Source of the DNA: Eledone cirrhosa
Lineage: Eukaryota
Assembly: GCA_964016885.1 (NCBI GenBank)
Contig: OZ024747.1
Coordinates: 54,064,001 to 54,128,000, forward strand
Direction of reading: 5' to 3'
Length of the DNA: 64,000 bases
A program made the translations under genes and the position numbers. Every line of letters begins with the position of its first letter. Position 1 is the first letter of the stretch. The notes under the pieces are model-generated. The model was not told where the DNA came from. It did no database searches and saw nothing but the letters and a program-made list of their open reading frames with translations. Positions 28,660 through 42,883 of the stretch are shown here, piece after piece.

Positions 28660-29180
28660 ATAATTGTTTCTACTTTTGGCACAAGGCCAGCAATTATCCA
28701 GTGCATTGCAGGTACTTTATTTCATCGACCCTGTAAGGATGAATGGCAAAGTTAACCTCGGCGGGATTTGAATTTAGACCATAAAGGACCGTAACTCTAT
28801 GCTGTAAAGCATGGTGTCCGACTCTCTACCGAAACTGCCAACCCATCGCCATAGTACCATAATAGTACCGTATTATAATATTAGACTGACATGCCAGGTT
28901 TGGTCAAAAGGTATCACTATAAGGTAATAAATACATAATTTCTTCTACAATGGTGGATCAAATTTATATAGAGAATAATAACGGTTTCTGATTTAGGTAC
29001 AAGGCCAAGAATTTGGGGGGAAAGGAAAGTCGATTAAATCCACACCAGTGTATTACTAGTATTTTATCTAATCGATCCTGTAAGGATGAAAAGCAAAGCT
29101 AACATCGGCGGGATTTGAATTTAGACCATAAAGGACCGTAACTCTATGCCCCAAAGCATGGTATCGAACGATACTACCAA
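28660..29180 (-). mobile_element. Two SINE copies (28660-28851, 28976-29180)
   Basis: Each has tcgaccctgtaaggatgaa..gcaaag.taac.tcggcgggatttgaa, the reverse complement of the SINE body and B-box. Confidence 0.85.
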
Positions 29181-29564
29181 CACAAGCCGTGTTGGCAGAA
29201 TCGCCGACTAACGTATGCTATAGATAAAAACAGGATTATGATAACCATAATAATTTAATCATAAATATGATGGGTCAGCACTGAACCGTGGCCATACAAA
29301 CAACAAACGGAAAACACTATGAGTGGCATCATCCATAAAATATGTCCTCCAGCAAGACTCTTAAGTTCATTTCACTTCAGTCCACTCATCTGTAATTCAA
29401 TGTGCCAGTCTTATCAAACACTGTGTCATGTCGAATCTCATTGAGAATTACGTTAAAAATATATGTGGCCACCTACATGTTTATTTCATGGACTGGCTGA
29501 TAGATTGTCCAAACAACTGTAACACTCACCGTCGAAAGTGACGCACGCAATTATATATATATAT

Positions 29565-29669
29565 AGGAAAAAAGTAAGACCCCGACGGCAGAGCTCAAGC
29601 CGTTTCTACGGCTATTTCTGGACTTTCCTTAGATTTATTGAATTACCAACAAATTGAATATCCCTTCTG

Positions 29670-29706
<37 letters not shown>

Positions 29707-30069
29707 TTATTTATTTAGAAGGGCGGCCGACTGGGGTAGAAGCTACTAAACTAAATGGTCGGTCGCCCTCATGTCTCTGATTTTCAGCCCCATGGATTTT
29801 GTCTATTATATTCCTTTGTTATATTTCGAATACCTGATGATGTCACCGGTTTCATACTGAACCAGATCATTGAAATCATCAGAGTATATAAACCTTCGGA
29901 TTTAGTCTTCAAATTTATTATTATTACTATATATATATAACAAAGCAGATCGGGTAAGGAACCAGATGGCCCATAACGCACCAGAGTACTCAATACTTAG
30001 GGTAGTAGAGTGGCTAATAAGAAAAAGTTTAAGCCCGACGGCAGAGCTCAAGCCGTCGGGGTTAAACTT

Positions 30070-30075
<6 letters not shown>
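29565..30075. mobile_element. Cluster of pseudo-LTR-like fragments, including a hammerhead-like core on - strand at 29845-29886
   Basis: cccgacggcagagctcaagccg family at ~29581 and ~30034; reverse complement tact-CTGATGA-t...t-GAAA-CCGGT at 29845-29886. Confidence 0.5.
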
Positions 30076-30357
<282 letters not shown>

Positions 30358-30516
30358 GTATATATATATGTATATAATGACAATGGCTAACCAGTTAAGA
30401 TTTACAACATTATTTTAATCAACGAACGTTTCTATGGAGGGGGGGGGGGGGGATGAGCCGCAGTAAATATACTGAGGACCGGTCTGCTGCATTACATATC
30501 GCCAGGGGCATAGATG

Positions 30517-30592
30517 TAGTCTTAATTATTCAAAAACAAACACATGACAACTAATCAGTTGTCATGTGTTTGTTTTTGAATAATTAAGACTA
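30517..30592. repeat. Perfect 36-bp-arm hairpin
   Basis: tagtcttaattattcaaaaacaaacacatgacaact - aatc - agttgtcatgtgtttgtttttgaataattaagacta. Confidence 0.9.
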
Positions 30593-31058
30593 ATAATCAA
30601 GGATACTGATTAACATAGAGTTTCTATAATCTTCACAGACACACATATATATACATATATATATGTATATATATTCATATATATATATACATAGATAGAT
30701 AGATAGATATGAGTGTGTGTGTGTGTGTGTGTAAAATTAAACAGAAATTACAAAGCAAACGACACAGTACATTGAAGAAATATATTAATTGAAATAACAG
30801 GAAAAGAGACTTTACATTACGGAAACTCCTCCTTCAGAGTCAGAAATAGAAGATAACATAGAAAGATAAAGAATAAGAAGAGGAAGGGACGGGAAAAAAA
30901 GAAGAAAAAAACGGGGAACACACGTGCGTATATATATATATATATTTTTTTTTTTATGGATGTTTTATTTACACATTATATTAAATACACATAAACATAG
31001 AAATGTACATGTGTGTGTTTGAAATTGTATAAGCACGATCCTCTTAATCATATAACTA

Positions 31059-31230
31059 ATAATTGTTTCTACTTTTGGCACAAGACCAGCACATACCTAG
31101 TACATTACTGGTACTTTATTTTATCGACCACGTAAGGATGAAAGGCAAAGTTAACCTCGGCGGGATTTGAACTCAGACCGTAGAGGGACGTAACTATGCT
31201 ACATAGCATGGCGTCCAACCCGCTACCGGT
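31059..31230 (-). mobile_element. Full-length SINE copy
   Basis: Reverse complement of the 9286 family, from aattgtttctact to gccaattcaccgcc. Confidence 0.85.
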
Positions 31231-31909
31231 ACTGCCAATTCACCGCCCTGATAATATAACTAATAATACTGCAATTATATATGTGTTAATATGTATATTA
31301 ACTGCACACGTGTTTACCTCCTGTCTAATTTTTTCTTGGTTTCTTTCGTTTTTTTACTGTCATCTCTCTTCACGTGTTTGCTTTTTGTCACATACTTTTC
31401 CATTTTTTTTTCATTTTTTCATTGTCATCTCTTCATAATTCTTCTTTCTCCCAAACATCCTCTCTTCTCTCTCGCGTTATATCTTCCGATAAAGGTGTAA
31501 CTTCCGAAACGTTAATAATATTTTCCTAACATATCATTAGACTGGGACTCTTTTCTTTGTTGAGCTTTTTTAATACGTACATATGTGCACTTATTGCACC
31601 AACGCAGTCAGAAAAGTGTTGCAAACATCAAAGCCATGGTGTGTTGCTAAGAGTGACTCAAGAACAAAAAGAAGGACTTCAATTCTGGTGAGGGCCCTAA
31701 TAGTTAGTCCTTTCAAAACTCTATGAATAACATGATCTTCACAACTCGTCTGTTGTACTCACTGGTCTTAAGATAACTATATTACAAATTATACCAAATA
31801 TCCCCATTAAAGCAATAATCTTTTCAGGTATTCCTTGGCGTAGATTTTGAGTTATATATTATAAAGATTAACTGAATAAAAATCCTTTCAAATTATTATT
31901 TTTATTGTT

Positions 31910-32068
31910 CTTTTATCGACCCCTTTTAGGATAAAACGCAAAGTTAACCTCAAATCCCGCGAGGTTAACTTTGCCTTTCATCCTAAACGGGGTCGATCAA
32001 ATAAAGTACCAGTAATACACTGAGATAATTGCTGGTCTTGTGCCAAAAGTAGAAACAATTATTATTAT
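31910..32068 (+). mobile_element. SINE copy with 5' inversion
   Basis: 31910-31950 is the reverse complement of 31961-32000; a normal SINE 3' end follows with an (att)n tail. Confidence 0.8.
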
Positions 32069-32069
32069 T

Positions 32070-32925
32070 GTTCTTTGAGTCTCAGTCAGTGATGTTATTT
32101 AACTGGAAAGTTTGTTGAAATGAATATCAAGCCTCTACCTGCAGCCTCAGATATTCAGGACGTATCGGGGGGTTCTTGCTGTTCCCAGCAAGCATGCCTT
32201 TTAAAGTGTTCCAAAAAGCGGGGCTGGACTAATCTTCTTTAACCATCCTTGGAAACTCTTTGAGATAGTACCTAGTGCGCCTATGACAATCGGGCAGTTC
32301 CAATCCTTTTTACCTCCCACTTTAAGTCCTGGTATCGGTTAATTTTCTCCCTCTCCTTTTCTTGCACTCTCGTGTCAAATGGGCAGGCTACATCTACAAT
32401 CAGGCACGATCTTTTTTCCTTGTCCAAAACCACCAGGTCAGGTCTATTGTGTTCTAATTTCTTGTCCGTCTGTATCCTGATATCCCGTAGCAACTTTGCC
32501 TGATCGTTTTCTATCACCGACTCTGGCTTATGCTCATACCACTTCTCAGAATGTGGTAAATTGTTTACTTAGCATAGGTGCCAGTTTACTTTGCCTAGGT
32601 GCCCTGCCCATCACATCATGTCTCCAGCTTTTATAGTGAGTCTGGGCTAGGTGTTTACACTCGGATACAATGTGAGCCACAGTCTCCTCTTTCTCTCCAC
32701 AGATCCTATACAGTGGGCTAGCCTCCTCCTTGTAAATATGGTGTTTCAGCCACTTCGTTCTGAGGGCCTGCTCTTGCGCAGCCATTAGCATTCCTTCTGT
32801 AGCCTTTTTAAGGTCTCCTCTTTTCAACCAGTTCCATGACTGTGGATCTCTGAATTAAGTTTCCTCAAAGAAGGTAATATGAAGGCTGCTCTTTCCCTTG
32901 TTGTTATTTCCTCCTTGGACAATTC
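32070..32925 (-). pseudogene. 3' fragment of R4/Dong-like non-LTR retrotransposon (CCHC + restriction-like endonuclease)
   Basis: TEGMLMAAQEQALRT, RICGEKEETVAHIVSEC..RHD, HNRPDLVVLDK..CLIVDVACPFD..EKI.RYQDL; frameshifted. Confidence 0.85.
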
Positions 32926-32927
32926 TG

Positions 32928-33020
32928 GTCTATTTCTGGACACAATTTAGTCCAGAAATAGCCGTCGAAGCGGCTTGAGCTCTGCCGTCGGGGTCATACT
33001 TTTTCCTATTTCCCACTCTA

Positions 33021-33061
<41 letters not shown>

Positions 33062-33383
33062 GAATTGTGGTAATGATCCAGATGGACCATAACGCACCAG
33101 AGTACTCAAAACTTAGGGCAGTAGAGTGGGAAATAGGAATAAGTATGACCCCGACGGCAGAGCCCAAGCCGTTTCGACGGCTATTTCTGGACTCCAGAAA
33201 TAGCCGTCGAAACAGCTTGAGCCGTCGGGGTCATGCTTTCTCCTATATATATATATAGACACTATGTATTATAGACTCCACAGATATTTCTATCTACATG
33301 TTTGTACGTTTGGATGGATTGGTGATATAGAATTATACTATATCGACACCCAAAATTTACATACATGCATACACACACACACG

Positions 33384-33453
<70 letters not shown>

Positions 33454-33464
33454 CGTGTGTATGC

Positions 33465-33531
<67 letters not shown>

Positions 33532-33539
33532 CGTGTGTA

Positions 33540-33573
<34 letters not shown>

Positions 33574-33974
33574 CGTTATTCCGGGTTGAGTCGGAGGTAA
33601 CCACAATAAGTAAGGTACTCAATACATTGCAGAGTATAAAAGTTTTAATATAGATGAGATTCTACAGGACTAGAACTATTTTATTCCTTAGAAATCATCA
33701 GGAATCTGGGTATCAAAAAATAAATATGGTATTCAGGTGGTAGGAGAGGGTAGGGAGTGGGATGGGTAGAGGTCATTGGCTGATAGAAAAGGGAATTCAT
33801 TAAAAGCTAATTCTTTAAAGCTATAATTTATATTTAGTGTAACAAAGGCAGAAATAATTCTATAAATTCTCTGAAGAGACCTACAAATACCATATTTATT
33901 TTTTGATACCCAGATTCCTGATGATTTCTAAACAATGAAACAGTTCTAGTTCTGTGGAATCTCATCTATATTAA

Positions 33975-34030
<56 letters not shown>

Positions 34031-34203
34031 ATGTTCAAGACCCCGACGGCAGAGCTCAAGCCGTTTCGACGGCTAGAAATAGCGGTCGAAACGGCTTGAG
34101 GTCTGCCGTAGCGTCTTAAACATTTCCCTATTACCCACTCTACTACCCTAAGTATTGAGTACTCTGGTGCGTTATGGTCCATCTGGTTCCTTACCACACT
34201 TCC
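32928..34203. mobile_element. Nested fold-back fragments of two pseudo-LTR families (gccgtttcgacggc family and HH-A)
   Basis: Family copies at 32928-33030, 33060-33245 and 34025-34200. HH-A hammerheads at 33657-33707 (-, GAAA>AAAA) and 33912-33962 (+, GUA>GUG). Confidence 0.7.
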
Positions 34204-34206
34204 TTT

Positions 34207-34275
<69 letters not shown>

Positions 34276-35107
34276 TCATGCAAATATACAATACACATAC
34301 ACACATATAATGCATACACATATATCCACAGACATAATAACCCATGCATACACAAACAGACATACCTACACATAGACATACATATGAGTGCCTTATCTGA
34401 TTCTCTAATTATCGTCTTATTTATTTCTTAACAAATTCTTAAACAAATATTCTCCTGTTGCAGTTGTTATTGTTGTTGCTGTTATTTTGTAGAAACCATC
34501 GTCACAACTACCGCCACCATTACACGTATCATCACCATCACCACCATATTCATCATCATCAACAGAAGCAACAATGCAATCATCACCACACACACACACA
34601 CACACATACACACATATAATATTATACATACACACACACACAGACACACACATATATATATATTATACACACACACAGACACACACATATATATATTATA
34701 CACACACACACACACACACATATATATTATACACACACACAGACACACACATATATATATATACCAAACAACGACAAAGCAACAATACATTTAAAAGCAA
34801 ATGTGACACCCAAATATATATTTTCAGTTGAAAACATGAGTGTGGCAGTGTGGTATACAAGTTATAGAGCTTTACACTAAGATATAAATCAATAGTATCA
34901 AGACAGTTATTCGCCCGAATGGAATTTCAATGGCTCTCTCTATATATTTGATTCACAATAAAGTCGTTATATAGATATATACACATATTCACAAATGCCC
35001 ACTCACACGCTTATATATATATATATTTCTATATATCTAGGGCGGGTAACATTCCCGAGAACCAATGGACGGGCTCTAAATATCTATATATCTATATATC
35101 TCTTTAG

Positions 35108-35290
35108 TGAAGGCGTGTGGCTGAATGGCTAGAGAATTGGATTCGCAATCTTGAGGCTGTGAGTTCGATTCCTGTACTGGGCGATGCGTTATGTCCTTGA
35201 GCAAGACACTTTATTTCACGTTGCTCCTTCTACCTGGAGTTGCGACCGATAGATAGTACTAGCAACTGGAAAGACCAACGGGAACATTGT
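35108..35290 (+). mobile_element. tRNA-derived SINE, second family (CORE/V-like central segment)
   Basis: A-box tggctgaatgg, B-box gagttcgattcc, then gtccttgagcaagacactttatttcac. Confidence 0.7.
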
Positions 35291-35542
35291 TTCCTCGGTC
35301 CGATTTGACGAAAGTCGATCGATCCTTAAAATATATCTCTCTATATATATATCTATATCTATATACACATATTCACAAATTCCCACTCACACGCTATATA
35401 TATATCTGTATATCTAGGACGGGTAAAATTCTCGAGATCCTGGACGAGCTCTCTCCAGTGGTCTCTGTCCCTCATTATCGCTGCCACGTCCATCTCCAAC
35501 AGAGCACTGTCTGCCCTTGTTAACTTCGGTCTTCCTCTTCCA

Positions 35543-35587
<45 letters not shown>

Positions 35588-35589
35588 TA

Positions 35590-36922
35590 AAAAGGAAAAG
35601 AAAATGGTGACAGATTTTTTCCAGTGAAAAATAGTTTAATTAGGAATAAGTATAAATTAGTAATAATTAATGGTTAGTATTCAGTGTAAGTTTTAAGTTT
35701 TTTACCGGTTGCGCATTTCAAAAATAATTTTGAGATAGAGCGTTCGTGATTTGGTTGGTTGTTGAATGTCACGTGAATAAGCACTATCATTTTGATTGGT
35801 CGGTAGAAGTCACGCGAATGTTCAATAATAAAAGAGATGAAATGATGTATAGTATTGTCATAACACCAAGGTGTGTGTGAGTGTGTCCAGATTGTACGTA
35901 CTGCAAGGGAATCCATTAGGCCCTGCCGTATGGGATACTTGTGGATAGAAATGTATGTAGGATGTATGTTGATGTAGGTATGTATGTGGACGTGTGTATG
36001 TTGTGGGTTCGTCTTAGGGAGAAGTGTTTAGACGGGGTCCATATTTGTTAATAAAGTGAGATTCCTTGCTGATGCCCTGGGTGTGGGTGGCATTATCTTT
36101 AAATTTGTAGAGTGGAAATATTCTAAAGTTGGGATGATTTTGGGCGGCACAGGTATCAATGTGTTCACTCAGCGGTATTTTTATGTATTCCCGTATTTTG
36201 ATTTGAGATCTATGGACAGTCATGCGTTGATGGAGGCTGTTCTTAGTCTGGCCTATGTATTGTTCTCGACAACCTGAGCAAGTTAATACATATATTAGGT
36301 TTTCTGATGCGCATGTGAAATTGTGCTTTACTATAAAACGTTGTCCCTGTTTGAAATAGAATTCCGAACTCTCTATTAGGTTGATGCATATACCACAGTT
36401 GGGTCTATCGCATTTTTTTTACTGTGGGTTTCGTTGTTGGCATGTGTTAGGATGTTTTTCATTGACTTAGATTGTCTTTTGTTCTTTATGATATCGTGTG
36501 TTCGAAGGATTTGGTTCATTCTATGGTCCTTCTGTAAAACAGGGATGTTCTGGAGGATGGTGTCAAAGGCCTCATTGTTGAGGGGGTTGTGTGTGGAGTT
36601 GTATGGAATAGCTTTTAGTTTCGGTTGGTTTGCTTTTGGGTGTCTAAGGTCCTGGGTACTGAGTTTCAGGGCACGTTGGATTCCATTGTCAATTTGTGAT
36701 GCAGGGTAGTCCCTGCCTATGAGTGTGTACTATAGTTCTTGTAGCCGTAAGCAACAGGTGTTTTTATTGGAGACTATAATACAGATTCTCTTGGCTAAGT
36801 TGTAGGGAATATTAATTTTAACGTGTCTAGGGTGGCAAGAATTGAAAGATATTGCTTGGAGTCTGTGGGCTTGTAGTATATGTCTGTTTCTATTTTATTG
36901 TTATGAATCTTAATGAGGATGA
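35590..36922 (-). pseudogene. 5'-truncated Penelope-like element (Neptune-like Cys-rich linker + GIY-YIG)
   Basis: Minus-strand translation gives YKPTDSKQY, SCHPRHVKINIPYNLAKRIC, KKCDRPNCGIC and FTCASENLIYVLTCSGCREQYIGQT...RMTVHRSQI...ESHFINKYGPRLN. Confidence 0.88.
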
Positions 36923-37317
<395 letters not shown>

Positions 37318-37418
37318 GTGTGTGCGTGTGTGTAAAAGGTAAACAGAAATAACAACACAATCGGTACATTATATGGAAGGAATATATTAGATTAACGCTT
37401 GAAAGCCCAGGAAGAGGG

Positions 37419-37454
37419 TCTTAACGTTTCGGACGCTAGTCCTTCTTCAGAAGA
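37419..37454 (-). ncRNA. Intact minimal hammerhead (HH-C) within pseudo-LTR remnant 37330-37560
   Basis: Reverse complement tctt-CTGAAGA-a-ggac tagc gtcc-GAAA-CGTT-aaga; palindromic ACGT stem III typical of Penelope minimal HHRs. Confidence 0.8.
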
Positions 37455-37681
37455 AAGAATGAGAAATAAAGAAGATTGAAGGAACGGGCGGGCTGGAATT
37501 GGAATAAATGTGTGTAGATAAAAAAATAACAGGTCCATTCATGTTGACGTCTCTTGGAAAACTGTTGGTGCTGGCGTTGTGAGTATGATTTATTTTTTTA
37601 GAAAAGTGTATGGTGGAGCGCGCCTACCTAAAGTGGAATATATATATATCTTTGGATTTTAGTCTTCAAATTTATTATTAT

Positions 37682-37732
<51 letters not shown>

Positions 37733-37738
<6 letters not shown>

Positions 37739-38199
37739 TAGGAATAACCAAAGAGTGCTTAGAAATACATTGTTGTATTAGCTAACAGTGTTTCATCCAT
37801 ACCCCATGGCAGAAATCATCAGAGCCTATAAACAAGTGTATATCAATAGGTGCATGCTCCATCGAGCTGCATCACCAGAACAAGGTTAAAGGACCAGCAG
37901 GAGTGTCCCGAGGCAAGCGCTATATGGAAAAAGGCAAAATACATGATGCAGAATACATGATGCACATAATAGGATTATGTGCATCATGTATTCTGTCTTT
38001 TTCCATATAGCGCTGGCCTCGGGACACTCCTGCTGGTCCTTTAACCTTGTTCTGGTGATGCAGCTCGATGGAGCATGCAACTATTGGTATACTCTTGTTT
38101 ATAGTCTCTGATGATTCCTACCATGGGGTATGGATGAAACACTGTTAGCTAATAAAACAATGTATTTCTAAGCACTCTTTGGTTATTCCTATAACTATA
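37733..38199. mobile_element. ~465-bp fold-back element with a hammerhead in each arm (HH-B: 37779-37828 -, 38102-38150 +)
   Basis: Arms ~225 bp. The + arm reads CTGATGA(38108)-t-tcc tacc atgg ggta t gga-t-GAAA(38136)-c act g-TT-agct. Confidence 0.75.
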
Positions 38200-38304
38200 A
38201 CGGTTCTGTAGTATACTAGTTATCCTACATTGAGCTAAAACCACAGTGTCATACCAAGGGCAATATATCTGCGTGTCTGGGCATATTGATATATTTGTCA
38301 ACGA

Positions 38305-38374
<70 letters not shown>

Positions 38375-38959
38375 AGATAGATAGATATATAATATATATT
38401 CTGTTTGGAAAATGGATGATTATGTGCTTAAATAAAGATAGATGACTATATCGAAAGCAGATATTCTGTTTGCCAACTCCTGTATATCTCAGTATATACA
38501 CGTTTTTATGACTATGAGTGCGCATATATATATATGACTGCGTATAAGTTTATGTAGATACATATGTGTATATATATCTGTGTATATATATGCGCACTCA
38601 CGTTTAATCATTTGTTTTGAATACATATTAATATCTAGCCACAAATGGGAGTGCAATTTTCTTTTATTTATATTTTACACACCACCTATATAAATAGACC
38701 GACTGGGACCCATGATTTCTAGTAGTTGGGGCAGGGGGCTAATAATATTCTTTTTTTAAAACAAACTTGTTATTCTTGCAATTGTTGTAATGTTAGTTGT
38801 TGTTGGTGTTGTTGTTGTTACTGGTGTTATTATTTTTTTTAATGAGGACATTATGATCACACATTAAGGAAAGAAATGGCCCAGACTAAAGAATTAACCG
38901 TTTGTTGTTTTAAGAAATACAAATATATATATATATATATATATACACACGCACGCACG

Positions 38960-39090
<131 letters not shown>

Positions 39091-39661
39091 TTATATATTA
39101 GGGAATGGAAGTTTAGGATAGAATACAAAAAAGCAAGTGAAAGGATTTTTTTCAACGCAAGATAAAAAAAAGAAGTACTGAAGAGGAATAGTAAAAAATA
39201 ATTAAATAAATATATAGACTTAAAGAATGTGGAACATCTCATGAAGTTGTTAGTTATGGTGGCGCTGTGAGTTATATTACGGTTTTGAACTTGAAATGGT
39301 GGTGTCAGGGATTCTTGGTTTGCTTTGATATTGCCTAGATCATCGTTAACCTAGCATGAAGATAGAATGGGTGATAAAAATTTGTTTATGTAAACCCAAC
39401 TAAAATTATGACAGTCGGTTCACCCAACGTAAACTTTTATTTCTCGAAAATTCATTTCACCTACTTTATATCTTCCTGCTGTTATTTTTTCATGTTCTGT
39501 TGATAATGATGTTGTTGTTGTTATCGTTGCTCTTATTATTAATTTGTTTTCTCCTTCTTCTTCTTCTTCTTCTTCTTCTTCTTCTTCTTCTTCTTCTTCT
39601 CTCTCTCTCCATCTCTCTCTCTCCCTCTCTCGTATTTATATGTTTATATATATATATATGG

Positions 39662-39700
<39 letters not shown>

Positions 39701-39721
39701 CATACAAATACACACCCACTT

Positions 39722-39807
<86 letters not shown>

Positions 39808-40624
39808 CAGCTTTTCTATATCTCTCAGTTGCAGAGTTATGTGTGGCCAGTATAACATGTAAACCAAAAGTTTGGTCGTTCACGTCCTGTCACCAGTGGT
39901 CTGTTCTGTGTTCCCTGTCAAAATATATGAAGTCGTCTAACTTAGTTTGCACATATGTCAATAAGCATCATGTTGTTGCTGCTGCTATGCTATTATTTTG
40001 CTGTAGATGAGGCGTGATATGTCTGACCTGTAGTCAAGGCACTTCATGTGCGTTAATCTCTGATTTTCCACACAAACATTGTACTTTGGACCACATTGGC
40101 AAATGTTTTCCCCTTTTTATTTAACACTGTGAGTGTAATGTAATTTGAGGGAGTATACACTTCTATATTTAACAGCTAATGAGACCACGTAAAACTCCCT
40201 CGTTAAATCTAGGAAACATTTGAGAGTGCCTTGCCCCGCGAGACAAGTGTGTGTAAGTGGGGAGGAAATTAAGTAGAGAAGAAGGTTCCTTGCAGCCATG
40301 GACGTGGGCCAAATACTGACAACAGAGTAGACAACACTAAAGACATCCAAGAAACGTGTGATGGTGTTATAGCGGGCGACTTATTTGCTCTACCACTGAA
40401 TGTCAGTGTTCTGTCTTTTCTGTGATCCTTGCATCATAGACGGTAATTTGTACGTGTAATATCTCATAGGCTTGACTTCATCAAAATAAGAAGGGATGTA
40501 CCCCTGACATTTATCAGGGTATCTATTACTGACGTGGGGACGTGAAGAAATTATCCTGACTAGAAGCTTTGGAGCAGAATGGACTTCAATGGAATCAACT
40601 CTGTGCCAGTTGTTTGAAGTGGCT

Positions 40625-40875
40625 GTTGAATCAAGAATTCAACTAATTATAATTATTGATTTCTTATTTAGGAAAAATGCCATCAAATTTTGAGGAGAAG
40701 GAAAACGTTTATTAAATCAATCGTAGTACTCGAGTGGTGATTTATTTTATTGACCTCGGAAAGATGAAAAGCAGATTTGACCTCGGCACGTTTTGAACTC
40801 AGAATTTAAAGATCCAGAACAAATAACATAATTGAATTTTATCCGACGCTCTACCAATTTTACTAATCCGCCACT
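40625..40875 (-). mobile_element. Decayed SINE copy
   Basis: ttttattgacctcggaaagatgaaaagcagatttgacctcggc..tttgaactcag..tccgacgctctacc. Confidence 0.7.
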
Positions 40876-41944
40876 CAAAGATTTTCACTAATTATTATGA
40901 GCAGTATGTTCGATGTTTTACAACAGTTTTTGTCTAACAAATTTCATTAAAAAAACATTGGTCGAACCGAGATCCTACAGGACAATTGCTGATGGTACTG
41001 TGCAGGGGTACTGAATACTAAACTATAAGTAGGTAACAAGTGAATCTGTTAACTACAAAATAATACTTGGAGTTACTTGATTCAACTTTTATTAAAAATT
41101 ATTTCTCGCTCAGACGATGAGGTTATATCGAAACCACAATATTATCCTCTCGTCAAAGCCTTCAGGCATATCTAAAAGTACTAAATACTTTGACAGTCAC
41201 AGACCTCACTAGTATATTCAGAATGTGTTATTTCATATACATTTAAACTATTTAACTGCATTATTTCAAGGTGTTAGGTAAAATTTTGCCGACATTGTTA
41301 TTTCCCTTTAATCTCACCTGCGTTCTTAGAATAATAGACTAGAGGAATATCAAGGAGCCAATATTGCACGAATATGTTTACTAGCAATCGTAGACGAAAC
41401 CCACTCAACTTTCAAAGAAGGCCGCATCGGATAATATAACATGATGAAATGGTTGTGAATGGAACAAGTTTGAGCACAGCTCTTCTTGATCGTTGTACTG
41501 GTATTGAAAAATAATAAACCAGTCATCTGATTTAACAACACCACCAGGTATTTAATTGCCCTTAGTGGAGTTCACTCGGTAGCAAACAATCAGGCCATTC
41601 CTTCGGCTTTATAGATATCATCATATTTCTTTACTACTAGTCTCCGCAAACCCGAGAAAGAGTTATGGACACTTCCCTTCCCTCCGTAACTATACAGTAA
41701 AAATCAAACATAATTTAAAAGTATAACGCTCTTGACAATAAAATGATGGCCTTCAATAAGTGTGAGAAATAAAGAAATCGAGAAAGAAAGGAGATATTTT
41801 GTTAAAAAGGATTAAAATAATGAAAATTAGTGAAAATTACTGACAGAAATATTGGGGAACGTTTACAAAGCAATTGAGGGTGTGAGTGAATAGGAAAGAA
41901 AGACAGAGAAAGAGATGACTTAGAGAGAAAGATAGATAGAGAGG

Positions 41945-42032
<88 letters not shown>

Positions 42033-42564
42033 GAGAGAGAGAATGTGATAGAAAGCGAGAAAGTAAAGATGAGAAAGAGAGAGAGAGAGAGAGTATAAAT
42101 TGGAGACATTTTGATGTGAAATTTTTATTGATTTTTTTGCTTGTTATTCTTAAATATTTTTATTAAATGATTTTATTAAATGCAACAAAAACAATAACGA
42201 GTTCAACGAGAAACAACAATAAGAAGAACAATAATAACAATAACAATAATGAGAAGACGAATGAGAAGAATTATATGAATGACTGTAATTTACTGGATCA
42301 ATAACATTTGAAATTGTTTGATATTGTTGAGCTGCGATTAAGTTTTCTCTTAAACAAAATTTTTATTTCAAAGGAAAAAGCAATTAGGTGAAGAGTCGGG
42401 GGGAAGGGGGAGTAAGATGGAAAGGGGAGAGTGAGAGAAAGAGAGAAAGAGAGAAAAGGATAGAAAAACACAGGGAGGTAGAGAAAAAGAGGGACAGACA
42501 AAGTTCGTGTCAGACAGACAGACACACGCACACATAAATACAACACATATGGAAACATACACGT

Positions 42565-42608
<44 letters not shown>

Positions 42609-42713
42609 GAGTGTGTGTGTGTGTATAATATATATATATATATATATATAGATAGATAGATAAATACATACATATATATATATAGAGAGAGAGATATACA
42701 TATATATATATAA

Positions 42714-42771
<58 letters not shown>

Positions 42772-42883
42772 CGGCGATGAATTAGTTTTGCGAGGTTTTT
42801 TATATGAAATCGTGTGACCACCAACAAGACCTGTATGCGGAGCTAATATAGCTAGCAACTACAGGATCTCCTACTTCCTCTCA

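Noticed and set aside
35108-35185. tRNA gene
   Set aside because: A and B boxes are present but there is no clean cloverleaf, and it runs into a SINE body; the same applies to the other SINE heads.
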